Source: Lingula anatina (lineage: Eukaryota > Animalia > Brachiopoda). Taken from it: DNA of 64,000 nucleotides. Positions within the stretch are counted from its first letter, which is position 1. Every line of letters starts with the position of its first letter. Below the pieces are notes generated by a model. It was not told where the DNA came from. It searched no databases and was given only the letters and a program-made list of their open reading frames with translations. Positions 12,027-26,044 of the stretch are shown here, in pieces. Location: positions 6,820,001-6,884,000 of the forward strand of contig CM120645.1 in assembly GCA_051362555.1 (NCBI GenBank). The letters run 5' to 3'. The position numbers and the translations under genes were made by a program.

Positions 12027-15000
12027 ATGAAAAAGAGGAAGGAATGGGTAGAGAAGCAAGGAAGATGAGAGAAGGGATGGGATGGTGGGTGGGGGAAGAG
12101 AAAAAGATGAATAAATAAATATGAAGATCACCGTAATCGCTTTAATATCCTCATCAATCATCTCCATGGGCGAATTGGCCGAATATCTCACCCAGTGAGG
12201 CTACCTAGATGGATGGTGCCGTTTCAATTCCAGCTGTAATCGACCTGTCAGAATACATACCAAGAACTATTTTTCAATATTACATATTGTCTATTCTCAT
12301 TCGATGCCTCGTGGCAGGTTCCTTATACTTGTGCCGTTTTGAACGAATTTTCCTTCGTCCTTGAGCTCATATCCTTACAGTCAGGCCAGACTATGACATG
12401 CAAACAGACAAGAAACTAGAAATTCTTACTGTAGCATGTTATTGAGAAAAACGGAATCAAATTATACCAACTAGCCTTAATAGTTGGTAATATGATTCTT
12501 AACTGAAAGAAGATTGACTTTTAACGAAACCCATCCGCTTCATTGTGCGTATTGTCAAGCACGAAACCAATAGAATACTGAAGTTTTTATGTCAAAACAT
12601 ACGTCAGTATATTTAAGTTGCAGATTTAAGCTTCTTCTTACATACGTTTTCTGTTATAGTTTCGATTATTCGGTAGTTTCATTAAGTCTTGATTTACAGG
12701 ACTAAATTGGTGCTCTAACATTCACATAAAATCATAACGTTATAATAATTCAAAATTTTCTATTTTAATTGCAGTCAACAGGTAAAAACTGGAAGATTAA
12801 AATAAATTTCCGTGCCGTTGGTTAAATAACATGGTTTTAGGTTAGATAAGAGTTTAGCTGGTTGGTCACGACTCTCTCTGCCCCCGATATGAGGAACCAC
12901 TTCTCAGCAATATCAACCGCGAAACTTGTTTTTAATAGAAGCTAGATCAATTTCTTATTCAAAAGAGACCTTTTTACCGACCGAACGAGTGGTTCGATCG
13001 AGCCCTCCGACCCCACCCATGTCAAAGTGTCTGGTTTAGAGGTGCCCTGAAAACAATTGGCATGGAAACGATGTTTGCTCTGTGTCCCTGCTCGCCTCCA
13101 CATGACATGTTAACCCATGTTATGCGAGAAACTAATGTAAAAAAAAAAGTTAACCCATGTTTATGGAAAGGAACATGATACTTGATAAAATTGTAAGAGT
13201 GAAAGGAACAGGATACAAAGTAAAATTGCAAGAGTGAAAAAGAAGAAGAAAGCCTTTGCGTTTTGTTGGATCTTCAGACCTTTTGGTTGTGGTTTTGCAG
13301 CACGCGGTGTGATTTTCAGTTCTTCAAATGTGGTTTCACGGCACGCGATTATCAAGGGGAAGGAAAAATCCGACTGGGAGCGAGAGACATCTTTGCATGG
13401 TGTGAAATCGCTAGAGTATATGTACTTCTATTTGTGATTTTCAATATGTTACACGAGAACGACAAGGTTTAGGCAGGGAGAGAACTAGGCATCAATTACA
13501 CCGATCCTAACTGTTAAGATACGTGTATGGTACGATCTTATCCATCAGTTTGAACCGCATAAAAAATAAGAAACTCCTTTGATAACACCATTTCATAACT
13601 AACCTTTTTACAATTTTTAATAATTGAATTCTTTAAACTTTTAAAAAAAAGTTTTATCATTTTAATATTGTGGCAAGTACTTAATGTTGTTATATACTTT
13701 TGACGTACATTAAAATGTATAATAATGGAAATCGTTATTAAAGAAATAATATGTATTATATTTTTTGTCTTTAGATGCTTCATACGCCATAAACTTTATA
13801 AAAACAATTTAAATCCAATTTTTGATAGCTTACATGTACTCTCCATTGTTGACAAACATTGCCTCGCTTTCGAAAATCAGATCTGTCAGTCAAAACACAG
13901 ACATCAAAATTAAAAATCCTACTGGTTACTTGTCGTGAAACATCAAGGGTTTCTACTTTTTTCAAACCATATGGTAGCAACACGATTACTTTGCCTCGTG
14001 AAGTATTTATCTTTCATAGTGAGGAGGGGTCTGGATTCCCTTGGGGCGACATGACCGTATTATAAACACTGGTACAAAGGGAAATACCTTTAAAATAGGC
14101 AAAATACAGACTGTATTGAGCAAAGTCCTTACCTTTAAAGATGCATACAAAGTCAATTTTTGTCACAAAAACCAACCAAATGCCAGCATATAGTTTCAAG
14201 TAGTATAACTTAGAGAATTACCATAAGACATTGTTTAATTTTACCCGAAAATGATGTTTGAACAGATTTTTCTGCAGGCATTCTATGCTGTATGTCAATG
14301 GGGCAGGGAAGTAGGTCACGAAAGTAGGTTAAATTCACAAGCAAAAATTTAAAGAAAGGAGCAGTCTAAAGGTATTTTATGGCTGATCGAGTGATCTATT
14401 CAGTTTATCCCTTGGCATGTCGAATTTATTTGAGTCATATAAGAATCTAGTCGAAGTGGTTTACATGTGTTACTGGGAATCCACGCTCCACCGATGCTCG
14501 GTTCGTATGTACCTTTAAACAAATACATTAAATCAAATTTTATCCAATATGCTTTTTTCAAATGACAACTTAAAGCACAGTGAATCAAAACAACAAGACG
14601 GTAAACGGCGGCAGACTTTGTCAATTGCACAGTTATGTTTATTGATAATGCATAAAAACCCATTTAATGCGCATGCTCTATCGTTTGATTCTTGTATTTC
14701 TTTGCCTTCTACCGATAGGAGTCTTCTTACCTCATGCGCTCGAGGAACTCAAAAGTAAGTGGGCAATTTTGCAAAATATGCCAGCTCATGGCGCCTTTCT
14801 ATCATAAATGATAATTTATTTGCAATAAAATGAGACACTCGACAAAATATTTAGAAAACTTGCTTTTGCGTTTATGTGGATAGTTTAATTTTGATAAAAT
14901 TCGAGCCATTATCAGGTTAGCGGCGAAATATAGAATCATTTCGGAGCGCTGCCATGGGACATCTTGCGGTCAAAAGTAAAAACAAACGTAGCGATATCGA

Positions 15001-16806
15001 TGTCGCATTTTGTTGTTTTTTTTTATAATCTTTTACAAATCTTCATAAACACTCAATGATGGTATAACAGAATTTCCTGAAGGTGTATAATTTCAGAAGT
15101 TTTGTTGATTATGTAGCCATTTACTCAATTTCAGTTGTTTAAACTTAGATTCGGCAGCTACCGAGGAGGCTAAAATTTTGTATCTAGCTGCGAAAATGTT
15201 AGACAAATTAAATTAGAGGCGGCTTTCCAGATTTTTTTTTCTTTTTTTTTTTTTGTGAAACACAACTTTGCCAAACCAAATCTTAAAGATTAACATTTTA
15301 GCCGCACACTGACTTAAGATTTTTTTTTTTTTTTTTTTTTTTGCGAAACGGGCCTGATGTCGAGAAAAAGCATGCAGTCTTCTGGAAAATAATGAGTTAC
15401 AGTTCCGCCAATGCTTCATGACACAGTCAGTGACAACCCATTTGTTGTCCACAGAAGGGTCTTGAGTGCAGGTTCCCTAAAATATCTGATTCATAGAAAA
15501 TTTCTGTACATTTTGAAGGGTGAAATACCTCGAAGAAAAACTAAGTCTGCTACTGAATCCCCCTCATTCTAAAGCACAAAGGACGCACGCGCAACCCTGT
15601 AACACACTGTAACACAGCTCCCAATTTGATAAAAGTGGCATTTATATGTTTTGTAGAATATATGCATCAACCGTTCTTATCCCTCTCGTTTGGTCATTGT
15701 GTATCTAAAGTCAAGTTTTAGTTGGCAAGAAGTCCCTTCCAATTCAATGAATAATAAGGTAATTGTTAAAAGGACAAGAGTGGTTCGGTCGACACCCTTG
15801 TCTTGATCTTTAACTTCCAAATACAACAACCTTATTTCACAAACAACCGGTTCCAATTACTGGATAGTGACGTAGGCGTAATCTTCTGTTGCAAATATGG
15901 TGTTTGCATTGCCAATGCAAGTCAGTAATCTAATACACGCTCTCCGATAACCGATTTGTTCAGTTTAAAGACATACAGTGAATGTCATGGCGTTAATAGC
16001 TTTTAGGGGAAACCTGAATCAGGCATCATTTTATAACAAATAAAAGTTATCCATTTAATTCTTTTGAACATGAAAAATGAAAAGACAAACAGCAACTGGA
16101 GGTTCTATTATAATAATAATTCTATTATTATATTTGAACTAGAATTACAAACAAACGGCATTTATAAAATAAATTCGGGTCCTCTTTACCTAGGACTAAA
16201 CGTACGACCTTTGCTAATAATACAAAAACAAAAAGATTTTTGGAATTTGTGAGACCCTATAGGCATCCCAATTGCAACAATATTTGTGTCAGTATCCTAC
16301 TGTAGCTGCATCAGTGCGAACATTTATACTCTATGATTTCTGGGAATTTCACATTTGATAATGTAGTTACTAAGGTTACAAAAAAGATCTGTCTAGCCGA
16401 GTTATCCGCGGAAAGGTCGCCGACTTGTTTTGACATGCAATTGTTTGGATATTGCAGGTTATCTGTTCTGCACTCTCCACACGTCCCTCGAATATTCCAT
16501 CTTTTCAAACAGCTTTGTAATAGGAGCCATTTAAGGCTTTCCATTGCTTGTCCAAGCGATTTCCTTTCAGATTCAATCTTTGTCCGGACAATATAAAATG
16601 ACACATAACTGAAAGAAATAAATGATCAAATTTTCAATTACTTGTCATATGTTTTGCGTTCTTTGTTCGGGCGGATTGTATCCTTGGCCTTAAGATTTTA
16701 TACGATGGCTTGGTCATGCAGTGTATCAGTGTACCTTTTTTGCGAACTTCGAAACAACAACAAAAAGGTTGCTCAACAGTTTACTATATAACGTTCTTGT
16801 ATTTGA

Positions 16807-16839
<33 letters not shown>

Positions 16840-17330
16840 TAAGAAGCTTTAGAACAGAAGAAATACACAACTTCATTTCAGAAATTTGTCGTAGCGTTCT
16901 TAGGATTTGTCTTCTTGTATTTTGTTTCTACCGGGCCTATGGCATGAAACGTGGTTAGTAGGAAATCAATGTTGTCAACATGTGTTAGCGTCTACAAGTT
17001 CGTCAACTGTTTTTTCATGATGACAGGAGGTCGTTTGATTTGCGGACAATTTCTAACAATAAGTTTTTGAAAAAATCGTAGGTGCTTGATACGCCATGGA
17101 GCAGACATGTCGGAAAAGAAAAAAATGTATGAAAAATTTACTCGAATGGTCCTTGGAGAAAAACTAAGTCATAGACAAAGAACGTCAATTAATAACTTGG
17201 CCTTCGCATTGGTATTGATAGGATAGAATATTTATGGAGTACAATTGTTGATTTCAAGCTAGACAAGTTAATGATTTTATGGGCTGAAACAGCACAGTCC
17301 TTTGACACTGAGAGACAAAGATAGAGAGAG

Positions 17331-17375
<45 letters not shown>

Positions 17376-17467
17376 TGGGGAGAGAAGAGACGCATTAATT
17401 TGCCTTTTTGTTTGATCAAATGGGTGAATCCTCTGAGTCAATACACCTCTTGGTCATACTTCATACC

Positions 17468-17508
<41 letters not shown>

Positions 17509-18981
17509 GAATATACCCTTCAGAATAAAAGCCTGTCGGAATGATAAGTCAGACACCCCGACTGTGAAAAAATAAAGGTTGTACGCGACCTTTATAAAAC
17601 AAGGGGAATACTAGTACAACATACGACCCACGTGCTTTGCGTCTATTACAGCGCTGGGGGCTCAAGCAACTGACACTTAACAATCCCATTGAAAATATCC
17701 AATATGTCTTTCATCTTCATTCTGCCTTGAAATAATCTAAAAAACGCTTATTCGATTCTTCGTCGCGCAGATATCATACGCAGAGGAAATCCACTGAGAA
17801 TCCCTTTTGTCTGTGAAAGCGTGCTGTTTTTTTATGAAATAGGCATTCGAAGTAATTAACGTCTTTTTGATCACAGCCTAAGCACAGATTCATACCTCTA
17901 CTCTCAATCTCGTAGGTAATACTTTATAAGTTCAGACTTCTTTCGTTCTGTTTCTACAAAATTGCAAAGGCATTTTTAAATAATTAGCATCTTTTGTGAC
18001 CACAGCATGAGACCAACACACATTCCCGTAGGAAATACATGAACTTCAACGTCCAGGTCTTTTGGGGCGCGCGATTGCAGAGTATTCAGAGCTTGAAATT
18101 AACTGTAATCGGGGCTTTTATATGATAGCAACGTTAAAGTTAACAGGGAGAGGATTTGCGTGATTCAGAAGTCTCAGAAACCAGGTATATTATTCACAAG
18201 AAAATTGATGTTTTTACTGATGACGAAAAAGAATTCAAAAGCGCCCCGAGATGCTCCACTATTGTAGTGGGAAATAAAAAAATTACCAGTGCAACATGCT
18301 AAGGTATTTGTCTTGTGCAGATTGGATTGTTTTTTCAAATCATCTTTACATGTTTTTTTCAACAAAATCTTATCAGAAAGATATCAGGGTGAGTTTTAGT
18401 TTTTTTTACAAAGATCATTGATTCTACAATAAAATAGAATTCTGCACAAGAGACGTCTTTTTAGATGCGACTGAACATGCACAATCATGCCTTGATCGTT
18501 GCCGATGTTCTTTCTTCAGTAATTTTTTTTTTTTTTTTTTTTTTGTAAAAAAGCAAAAGGATCACATTATTCCCGTCGATACAAAAACTTATTTTTCTCA
18601 AAGCAATACTTATTCCTAACAGCTTAGAGAACGGGGTTTTAAACAAGGGGCTGATCACGAAATGCTCCTGTCAGACATGTTTTGGTACCTAAGCAACGGT
18701 AATAAAACAGAAATAAAGCAAACAAATGCACAGACAGACGGGCACCCAGTCAGTATATCAGTGTATTAAAGCGGAAAACCTTAATCTAGTCTTTATGAAC
18801 AGGGGACGTTAACACTCAATGGATGGGAAATTGCTATTCTATTAAAGCGAATATAATGAAATAATGCATATCCGAGATTCCTGTATGGCCGCCGTAAGTG
18901 TGTTTGCCGACAACGCATCAAAACTCCATTAAGAATATTAGCATCTTACGCACCTTTCTGGTACGTGCCAGACGAGTCGAA

Positions 18982-18993
18982 AACAACAACAAC

Positions 18994-19060
<67 letters not shown>

Positions 19061-19066
19061 TGTGTG
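18982..19066. repeat. Compound (CAA)n-(CT)n-(GT)n microsatellite
   Basis: Directly visible. Confidence 0.95.
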
Positions 19067-19897
19067 AAATGGCGTACATGTATCACAATTCTCTGTGCAT
19101 GTCCATCAGCTCTGCTCAGTGGTCTTTTGCACCTCTGCTTTCTCTTCAAACGCGATATCCAAGCAAAAAGAAAAAAAAACGTTAATAAAATGATGAATCA
19201 GGATGGCTTTACACGTACAACGGTATCACGCTCCCTGAGCCGCTCTTCTTGTACTGTATTTGCGGCCTAGGGGCAAGTACAGTGTACATGTTCCTTCTGC
19301 TATGGCCACAGATTGTTTTTACACAAAACATATTTACAGATATGCCTTTAGATAAATAGAAGGTCATTTTACTTTCCTTATTTGTTTCCACAATATTGCT
19401 TTTGGTAATTTTCTCTATAATATCTGCCACCCTGGTAAAGGGTACGTGACAACCAAGTGGTAAGTCTTGCATTGGGCGACTTTGATGTATTGTAACTTTA
19501 TGAACACTGTATTTGATGCTGAACTTATAATTGCCTTTTAGCTATGTGCAAACGATTGATCACGCCAACGGAATGTCTCGTACCCATCGTATTTCTTTCT
19601 TTTTTTTTTTGTTTTTATTCTTTTATTGCAAAAAATGTACGTAATTACATTAAAATATGTGATACATGGTGCAGTTGCCCATTAATAAGATAAAACATCT
19701 TCCGTCGTGTCTAAATGAGATTAATGTATCGCACAAAATCTGTAAGGGTTGGTTGATAAGAACATTTAATGGTACTTTCAACCAATTAAAAGAAGTCGTA
19801 TCCCCTAGTGCTTGATAGTGACGTCGCCAAAAAATAAAAAAATAGACAGATGTCATGCGACAACAACTGCCAAATTCTGTACCCCCTACACACACAC

Positions 19898-19935
<38 letters not shown>

Positions 19936-20425
19936 ATTTTGTGTAATTCATCAATGGGAAATAATAAGTGTCACAAAGTAAATAGACAATGTTATATACA
20001 TTTTTCACGAAGATATGGGCAACTGTATGAAGAAATTATTAATCTTTCACCACAGTACAAATGAAACCGATTGTTCGCGCCTTTCACGGTCACAATGCCA
20101 CTTCAGTATCATTTGTCTTCTTTTATCTGAAATTCAGCTCCATTGGTTTTCATCATTACCGCATGTGGCATCTGTCTAATTTCACTTGAACTGTATTTAG
20201 GTTTATCTGAAATGATAAACACCTGTATCTTTCTTTTGTATATCGCATAATGGGCTCATTTAGCAGAGATGTCAGAGTATCCCATTATTCGAACCAAGGA
20301 GGACATACCCCAGAAAGGTAAAATGCACTGATAGACACTTGCAGTAAAGATAATTGACTTTCCCTATATAGAGTACCCCCTCCCCTACGTGGGGATTGAA
20401 AAGTGACTTAAAATGAAAAAAATAG

Positions 20426-20700
20426 ATATGGTTCAGACGAGGAGTGAAAGAGGCCATTCATGAGGGGTTCGAACAACCCACCCTCACCAGGCTCGGTGGC
20501 TGGAGACACCAACTACCACATCTGTGGGCCCGGGCCCTGGGAGACATCCCGCGTAGAACGTCATCACTTTACAACGTTGCCAAATCAAAATCACTTCACC
20601 TGAAGAAAACCTTGTGACAAGGTCGAAACGTCCTGATCTCCTGTAAGATTCAGCATTAGAATTAATTTTGTTTCATTATCTTTTCGTCTTCACGTTTATA
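20426..20700 (+). mobile_element. Penelope-like retroelement 3' remnant (C-terminus of GIY-YIG endonuclease plus pseudo-LTR region)
   Basis: The frame starting at 20429 reads WFRRGVKEAIHEGFEQPTLTRLGGWRHQLPHLWARALGDIPRR, matching the recalled Penelope C-terminal pattern WFERGVKEAI-x-PxLNRGGGLRHxL. It is followed by the typical CTGAAGA...CGAAACGTC signature. The right boundary is approximate. Confidence 0.8.
20596..20636 (+). ncRNA. Minimal type I hammerhead ribozyme-like motif (PLE-associated), probably slightly decayed
   Basis: CUGAAGA (20600-20606), stem II ACCUUG-UGA-CAAGGU, then C-GAAA-CG-UC (palindromic ACGU stem III, GUC cleavage triplet ending 20632); stem I UCA/UGA with a C-C mismatch next to the core. 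Confidence 0.6.
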
Positions 20701-20902
20701 CCACTTTTGGGGCTGAATTACATGCACTGTTATGGAACAATTCCACTAGCCCTGTCCACAGACAAGGATGGACGAGTCGCTGCACAAAACGCGTCAGACA
20801 AACCCATCTATATACGGAAATTATTTTAAAAGCCTGTCCACACCCATTATTGTCTTCAGTATAATACAGTGTCACAACCAATATGGTATGCGGGACAAAG
20901 GT

Positions 20903-21070
20903 CGCATTTAGAGCAGCGGACTAACTAGTCCACGTGTCAAATAAGGACGACCCACTTGAATACTTCCCCATGGGTAATCTATTCAGTGTCTATTATCGAT
21001 AAGACGGCAAGCTTTTTATTGGGTCTTCATATTTGACCCGCGGACTATTTGGTCCGCTGCTCTGAACGCA
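20903..21070. mobile_element. Foldback/hairpin MITE, family A copy 1
   Basis: Long imperfect inverted repeat GCATTTAGAGCAGCGGACTAACTAGTCC...GGACTATTTGGTCCGCTGCTCTGAACGC; internal AATCTATTCAGTGTC shared with copies at 36929 and about 37900. Confidence 0.75.
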
Positions 21071-21887
21071 GCTTACGCTTTCAGTGATTATCAGTCTTGC
21101 GGAAATCACAAATGTTATCTTTTGCAATGTACTGGAGAAAGGAAATGATAGACATACAACAAAATGCGTGCAAAAAAATTCGATCTGCATGCCGCTGAAT
21201 GACTCCAAACTGCCCTGTAATGCCGAGAACCACACTGTGCGTTATGAGGATCGATTCAGATGCGATCTCTGGGTGTGAACGAAGCCTATTGACGTGACCC
21301 CAATAGACGGGACAGCCGTATTGCGGATTCATGGGTTTTGCGTTATTTATCACTTCACGACTGGCAGCGATTGTCTTTTATTGAATCAGTCTACACGCTT
21401 AGCCTACTTAATCATTCTTCTTCCTCAATATCCTCTCCATCATATATACTTTGATTTGACTTTAACCTTTTCATGATTGGAGAAAGCACGGCAGAACTTC
21501 AGTCGACAGCTTGTGCTAGCTTTAGGATCGAAAGTGTGGATCATATTTGACCATGGACAAACCAGTGCGAGTTTGCGAAAAGAAAAATAATGGGCTTGTC
21601 TCAGAGAAAATACAAACCGAACAATACCGCACTAGGGCCACAATTGCTTCTTCTTTGTGGTCTACTATTTACTCATCCCAGGTCCACCAAGACAAGTTAG
21701 ACTTTAGAATATATTTATTTATTATACTGAATAGAAAGGTCTAACGCACATTGTATTTTCTCATAATTTTAAATTTTTAATAAGCAATTTGTATCTTTTT
21801 TTAATAAGCTCTTGATCGGTCATTTTATCAGTCAGTCATCTTATCTGTATGGCTCATTGGAATTGTAATGAAATGCAATGTAAAAAT

Positions 21888-21931
21888 TAATAATAATAAT
21901 AATAATGATGATGATGATGATGATGATGATG

Positions 21932-21988
<57 letters not shown>
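21888..21988. repeat. Compound (AAT)n-(GAT)n-(TAT)n microsatellite
   Basis: Directly visible; produces the poly-Ile artefact ORF 21841..22215. Confidence 0.95.
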
Positions 21989-23495
21989 GTGCTTTTAAGT
22001 GTTAGCATCGCCGCTAGCCACATAAAGCTTTTACAGTCAAGTAGTAGTACCCTTGATAAATTATTGTCGATTCCATAAAACGTAAAATAGATACGACGTG
22101 TCCTTGGGTTTGAAGGAGAAATATTTGCCACGCGTAAGAAAAAGAAAAGAGAGCTTAAATGTTTCACCAGTAGTCTGATACATTGTGATTTTGTCATTTC
22201 ACGCAAATCCTTCATTGATAATTGAAAATGAGTTCAATAAACTCAGGCATTTATCGTTATGTTGTATGAAATGGATTTCCTCCACCCCGAAAAAAAAACT
22301 GCAACACCTAATAATATAGGGCTTGGGATTGTAGATAGTTCTTTTCCACAGCTTATTTGAGTTACTACTAGTATTTTACCAAACAGATTAAATCGGGGAA
22401 TAATTTAAAGACTAAATCTACGAGCTATATGGCACTGCAAAGGTCAGATAGCGACAGTGATTATCATGTAAGGATGAAGTCGTCAAGGGGATATGCTACT
22501 GCTTACCATTACCTAACACTTTTACCTTTGTTTTTCATCACGTAATTTCCTGCCTCATTACTCCGAGGTACGATTCAAAGCTGTGGAAAATTCCTTTACA
22601 TGTAGTGCACTCCAGCGTACTGATATGGTATTTGTCAGTTGAAGAAATTTGATTTGCTACGTGTACCACAGTTGAAAAAAATGCCCTAGGAATAGCTTTC
22701 CACCGTTAGGTTTCGCCAATCAGCCAGTAAATTCTACAAAGCCAGTCCCAGAGCCTCTTGTTCGTGTTTCTTGTTCGATTTTTACGTTCGGTGACTACGG
22801 GTAAGTGATATAACCATTGGTTTCTGGAAAGACCTTGAAAAACGATTAAAAGGAATCACGCCGTGCCTTGTGTGCAAGCTGCGAGGTAGATGAAGAGAAA
22901 CGTAAACGAGATAAAATTGGGTCAGCAAACTTCTACAAAGACAATGCGGTCTCATTTAATTTTTTCTGGCATTTCAAACTGAAGAGAATTGAATTTCATT
23001 TCGCCGAAATACAGGGCGTGAAAAAGGAGCTAGGTCTATTTTTAAAAGTATAGATACTAAAGTTTATCGTTTACATCAAGACCCTGCGTACGGGCTAATA
23101 CAAAATCACGAGTTAAACCGTTTGTAAAACAGCGGTCCGCGATTGGAACATATATTGGTGTGCGATTGTGCTGCATAACTACCGAAAGTGTGTTCCTTTA
23201 ATGTGCACTTTTTTGTCTTGAACCTAAATATATATTTTACCTTGGATCGAAAACATTAATAAAAAAACGATGAAATATAATCAAATGATAAAATTAAGTC
23301 CACCTCAAATCACCGTAATATTAATTCCAGTTTATGCGTAAACCACGTAGCGTTCTTCAATTTCTGTTTAATTTTGCTGAGTTTAAACTTCAAAAGTCAA
23401 GCAATATGGTTTTCTCCTTGCTGTTTTTTTCTACTAGTTAACCTTTAAGCAAGTGCCCCCACAATGGTGGGTTTCAGTTAGGCACAGTTCCTAGT

Positions 23496-23536
<41 letters not shown>

Positions 23537-25417
23537 GTATGAATATATAGACGTATAATGTCTTCACCAGCATATGCATACTATGAATGACTGATTTCAG
23601 TGCATTGGGAATTTCACACATATAGAATTGTCCACAATGCATGCAATGTAGAGCCTCGTCGAGTGATTTGGCTAGCTTACTTTTGTCGTATTTGTGATTC
23701 GTGTACTGGAGTTAATTGTGATGGCGATTACAAGGCTTTCCGTTATTTTCGTGCCGTAGCAAAGCGTGGGTTTAAATTGCTAAGAAGTGTTGTCAGCGCA
23801 ATTTTGTCGACCGTGGGTAATCCTATCTAAATCCCACGTTGCGAATTCAAGGTTATTTTCCAGCAAATTCCTTCAAGGAGTTTTAATAGCATGATCTTGA
23901 CTTACTGTGATTTCATAAGAAACTATCTCTTATAAGACGCGCAGGTGACACACTCACCGTGGGCGATTCGTCAACGGTGTTTGCCTGTGCCACGCTGCCT
24001 GCAACTAGACAAATACGACACCCAAGAGATAAATTCCCCAAATACAACCAATTAAGTAGATTAATTGATAAAGATTAGATTTAGAATAGCAAAAGATGGG
24101 TAATACGGTTAACCGCATCTGAATAATAACAACAGATCGCCTGAAATAATCGCAGCTGATGATGAAGATGATATTATCTGCTATTGGTTCTGAAAAAGAT
24201 CATCAATGGCTGTCGTATAATCGTTGTCAAGTTTTTTTGGGTCACGAAGGATGCTTACTGTAAAGCTCCGTGAGAAAATACTTAAGTATAAGAAAATTTC
24301 CAAGATATTACAGACACGATTAAATAAATTGTTCTTAAAAATCTTCAATTCAAACCTGTAATATTGCCATCAATTCTTATTGAAATAACAAAACCCATCA
24401 AGCCTTTAAGGCCTTAACAAAACTGCCTCTCATGTAAAGATAACAACATTCATAAACAATAAACATTTATTATTTCAATGTATCGTAGGTCTGTCTCCTA
24501 TAACCCCACATGCAGTAAGAGAATACAGTTAGAGCATGCTGTATTTCACATTATAAACATTCAAACGTATTCAGGACGTTTCGTAGATGGACCAAATATT
24601 TTGGCATAAGTCCCTTTTGTCACCTGTCAAAGAAATTCTGCATTCTAGCGCCACCCAAATGTGTTGCATTTAACAGATGAAGGTGCACTATACATGTACC
24701 ATGAGCATTGTAGAACTTATCAAGTGAGTAAAAGTTTTATGTTTCCTGGAAAATGATACATGTATCAACTTAAGGAAAACTGATTTTGTCTTTCGGCAAG
24801 TGCCCCTACACGTATAGTACAATATGAACCAAATAAAAGCAAACAGTATTAATTTCAAAAGGTAGCCATGTTCGTAGATAATAACCCATGGACGTTTTCA
24901 TTCAATTGTCAGAAAAGTGAAAATATCAATAAGACACCGATTTATATTTTTTATGTCAATGGTGAATTTCGTGAAGCAGATTCACAAAAATATGTTGACC
25001 AGCCCAGTGCATCCGGCCCATAATGCAAGTAAGGGATATCACAGTTACATCTTCTTAATTTAATTTAAATCATTATTATTTTTCTCCCCCTCTCTCACCA
25101 ACTCTCTCTTTTCCTTTTTTAGACCGATTGTTTGGTTTGGTTAACTAGGTCTATTTCATTATATTTTATCTATTCTCTTTTCAGCTTTCAGCTCCCGTTT
25201 AGCTAGACCTTCGAACTCAGGAGGCAAATGTTAGGGTGTGGTACACATTCAGAAATATAATTATGGACGAGTAGGTCTCCTGCTTCCCGTCCTTGTGGGC
25301 TAATGTATTCATACAAGTGTTGGGGAGAGGGGTTGCTTTTCCCCGGACAACTACATGGAGACGGGATTTGTGCGTTACTCTGTTTGAAAAACAATGGCAA
25401 CCTAAACAACATAGCTG

Positions 25418-25451
<34 letters not shown>

Positions 25452-26044
25452 GGACACCTAATAGCAAAAAATAAAATAAATAAATAAGTGCAACAACATT
25501 TACAAAAAGAAAAAATGGTCACACAAAAAAAAAAAAAAAAAAAAACAATCCGATTATGTCGATTTTCTGTCTCATTAACTTACAAATCCACTCAGTTAAT
25601 TTAAGATTAATGTAAAAATACGGTTAGGTATTTAAGGGGCGAACCAAAAAAAATCAAATACTTTTGAAAACAAAATTATCCGATCATGCCTTTTTTCGAA
25701 GTGAATTCTTTTTAACCCAACAGAGCTACTCAGTAAATTAAAATTAAAACAAAAATAGGTACAGTTTGCCAGTCATAAGGACTGATGTTTCGGACAGCAA
25801 CAACGACGGCACGGACAGACACATTCATCAGAATATATACAGACACACTGTACATAGAAAACGGTTACAATTCATCTTTTTACAAATAATCAGCGACTCC
25901 GTCGCCATCCGCCAACCCCGGCAATAACAAGAAAAGGGTTTGCTGCGAATCGTATTTTAAGGCCACTTTTTTAAAATGCACAAACGCAAAAGGCCATCTC
26001 AACTACTGTGTGTAAATAAATATCTCGAAAAACCATTTCTGCAT

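Noticed and set aside
16311-16625. Strong minus-strand acceptor (TTTCTTTCAG) followed by a 97-codon frame
   Set aside because: No recognisable protein similarity, no clear donor or partner exons; cannot be supported without transcripts.
2328-19270. Many short ORFs with SLSL, HTHT, CVCV or ERER runs
   Set aside because: Translations of dinucleotide microsatellites.
21841-22215. 124-aa ORF with a long poly-Ile tract
   Set aside because: Artefact of a compound AAT/GAT/TAT microsatellite that happens to read as Ile codons on the minus strand.
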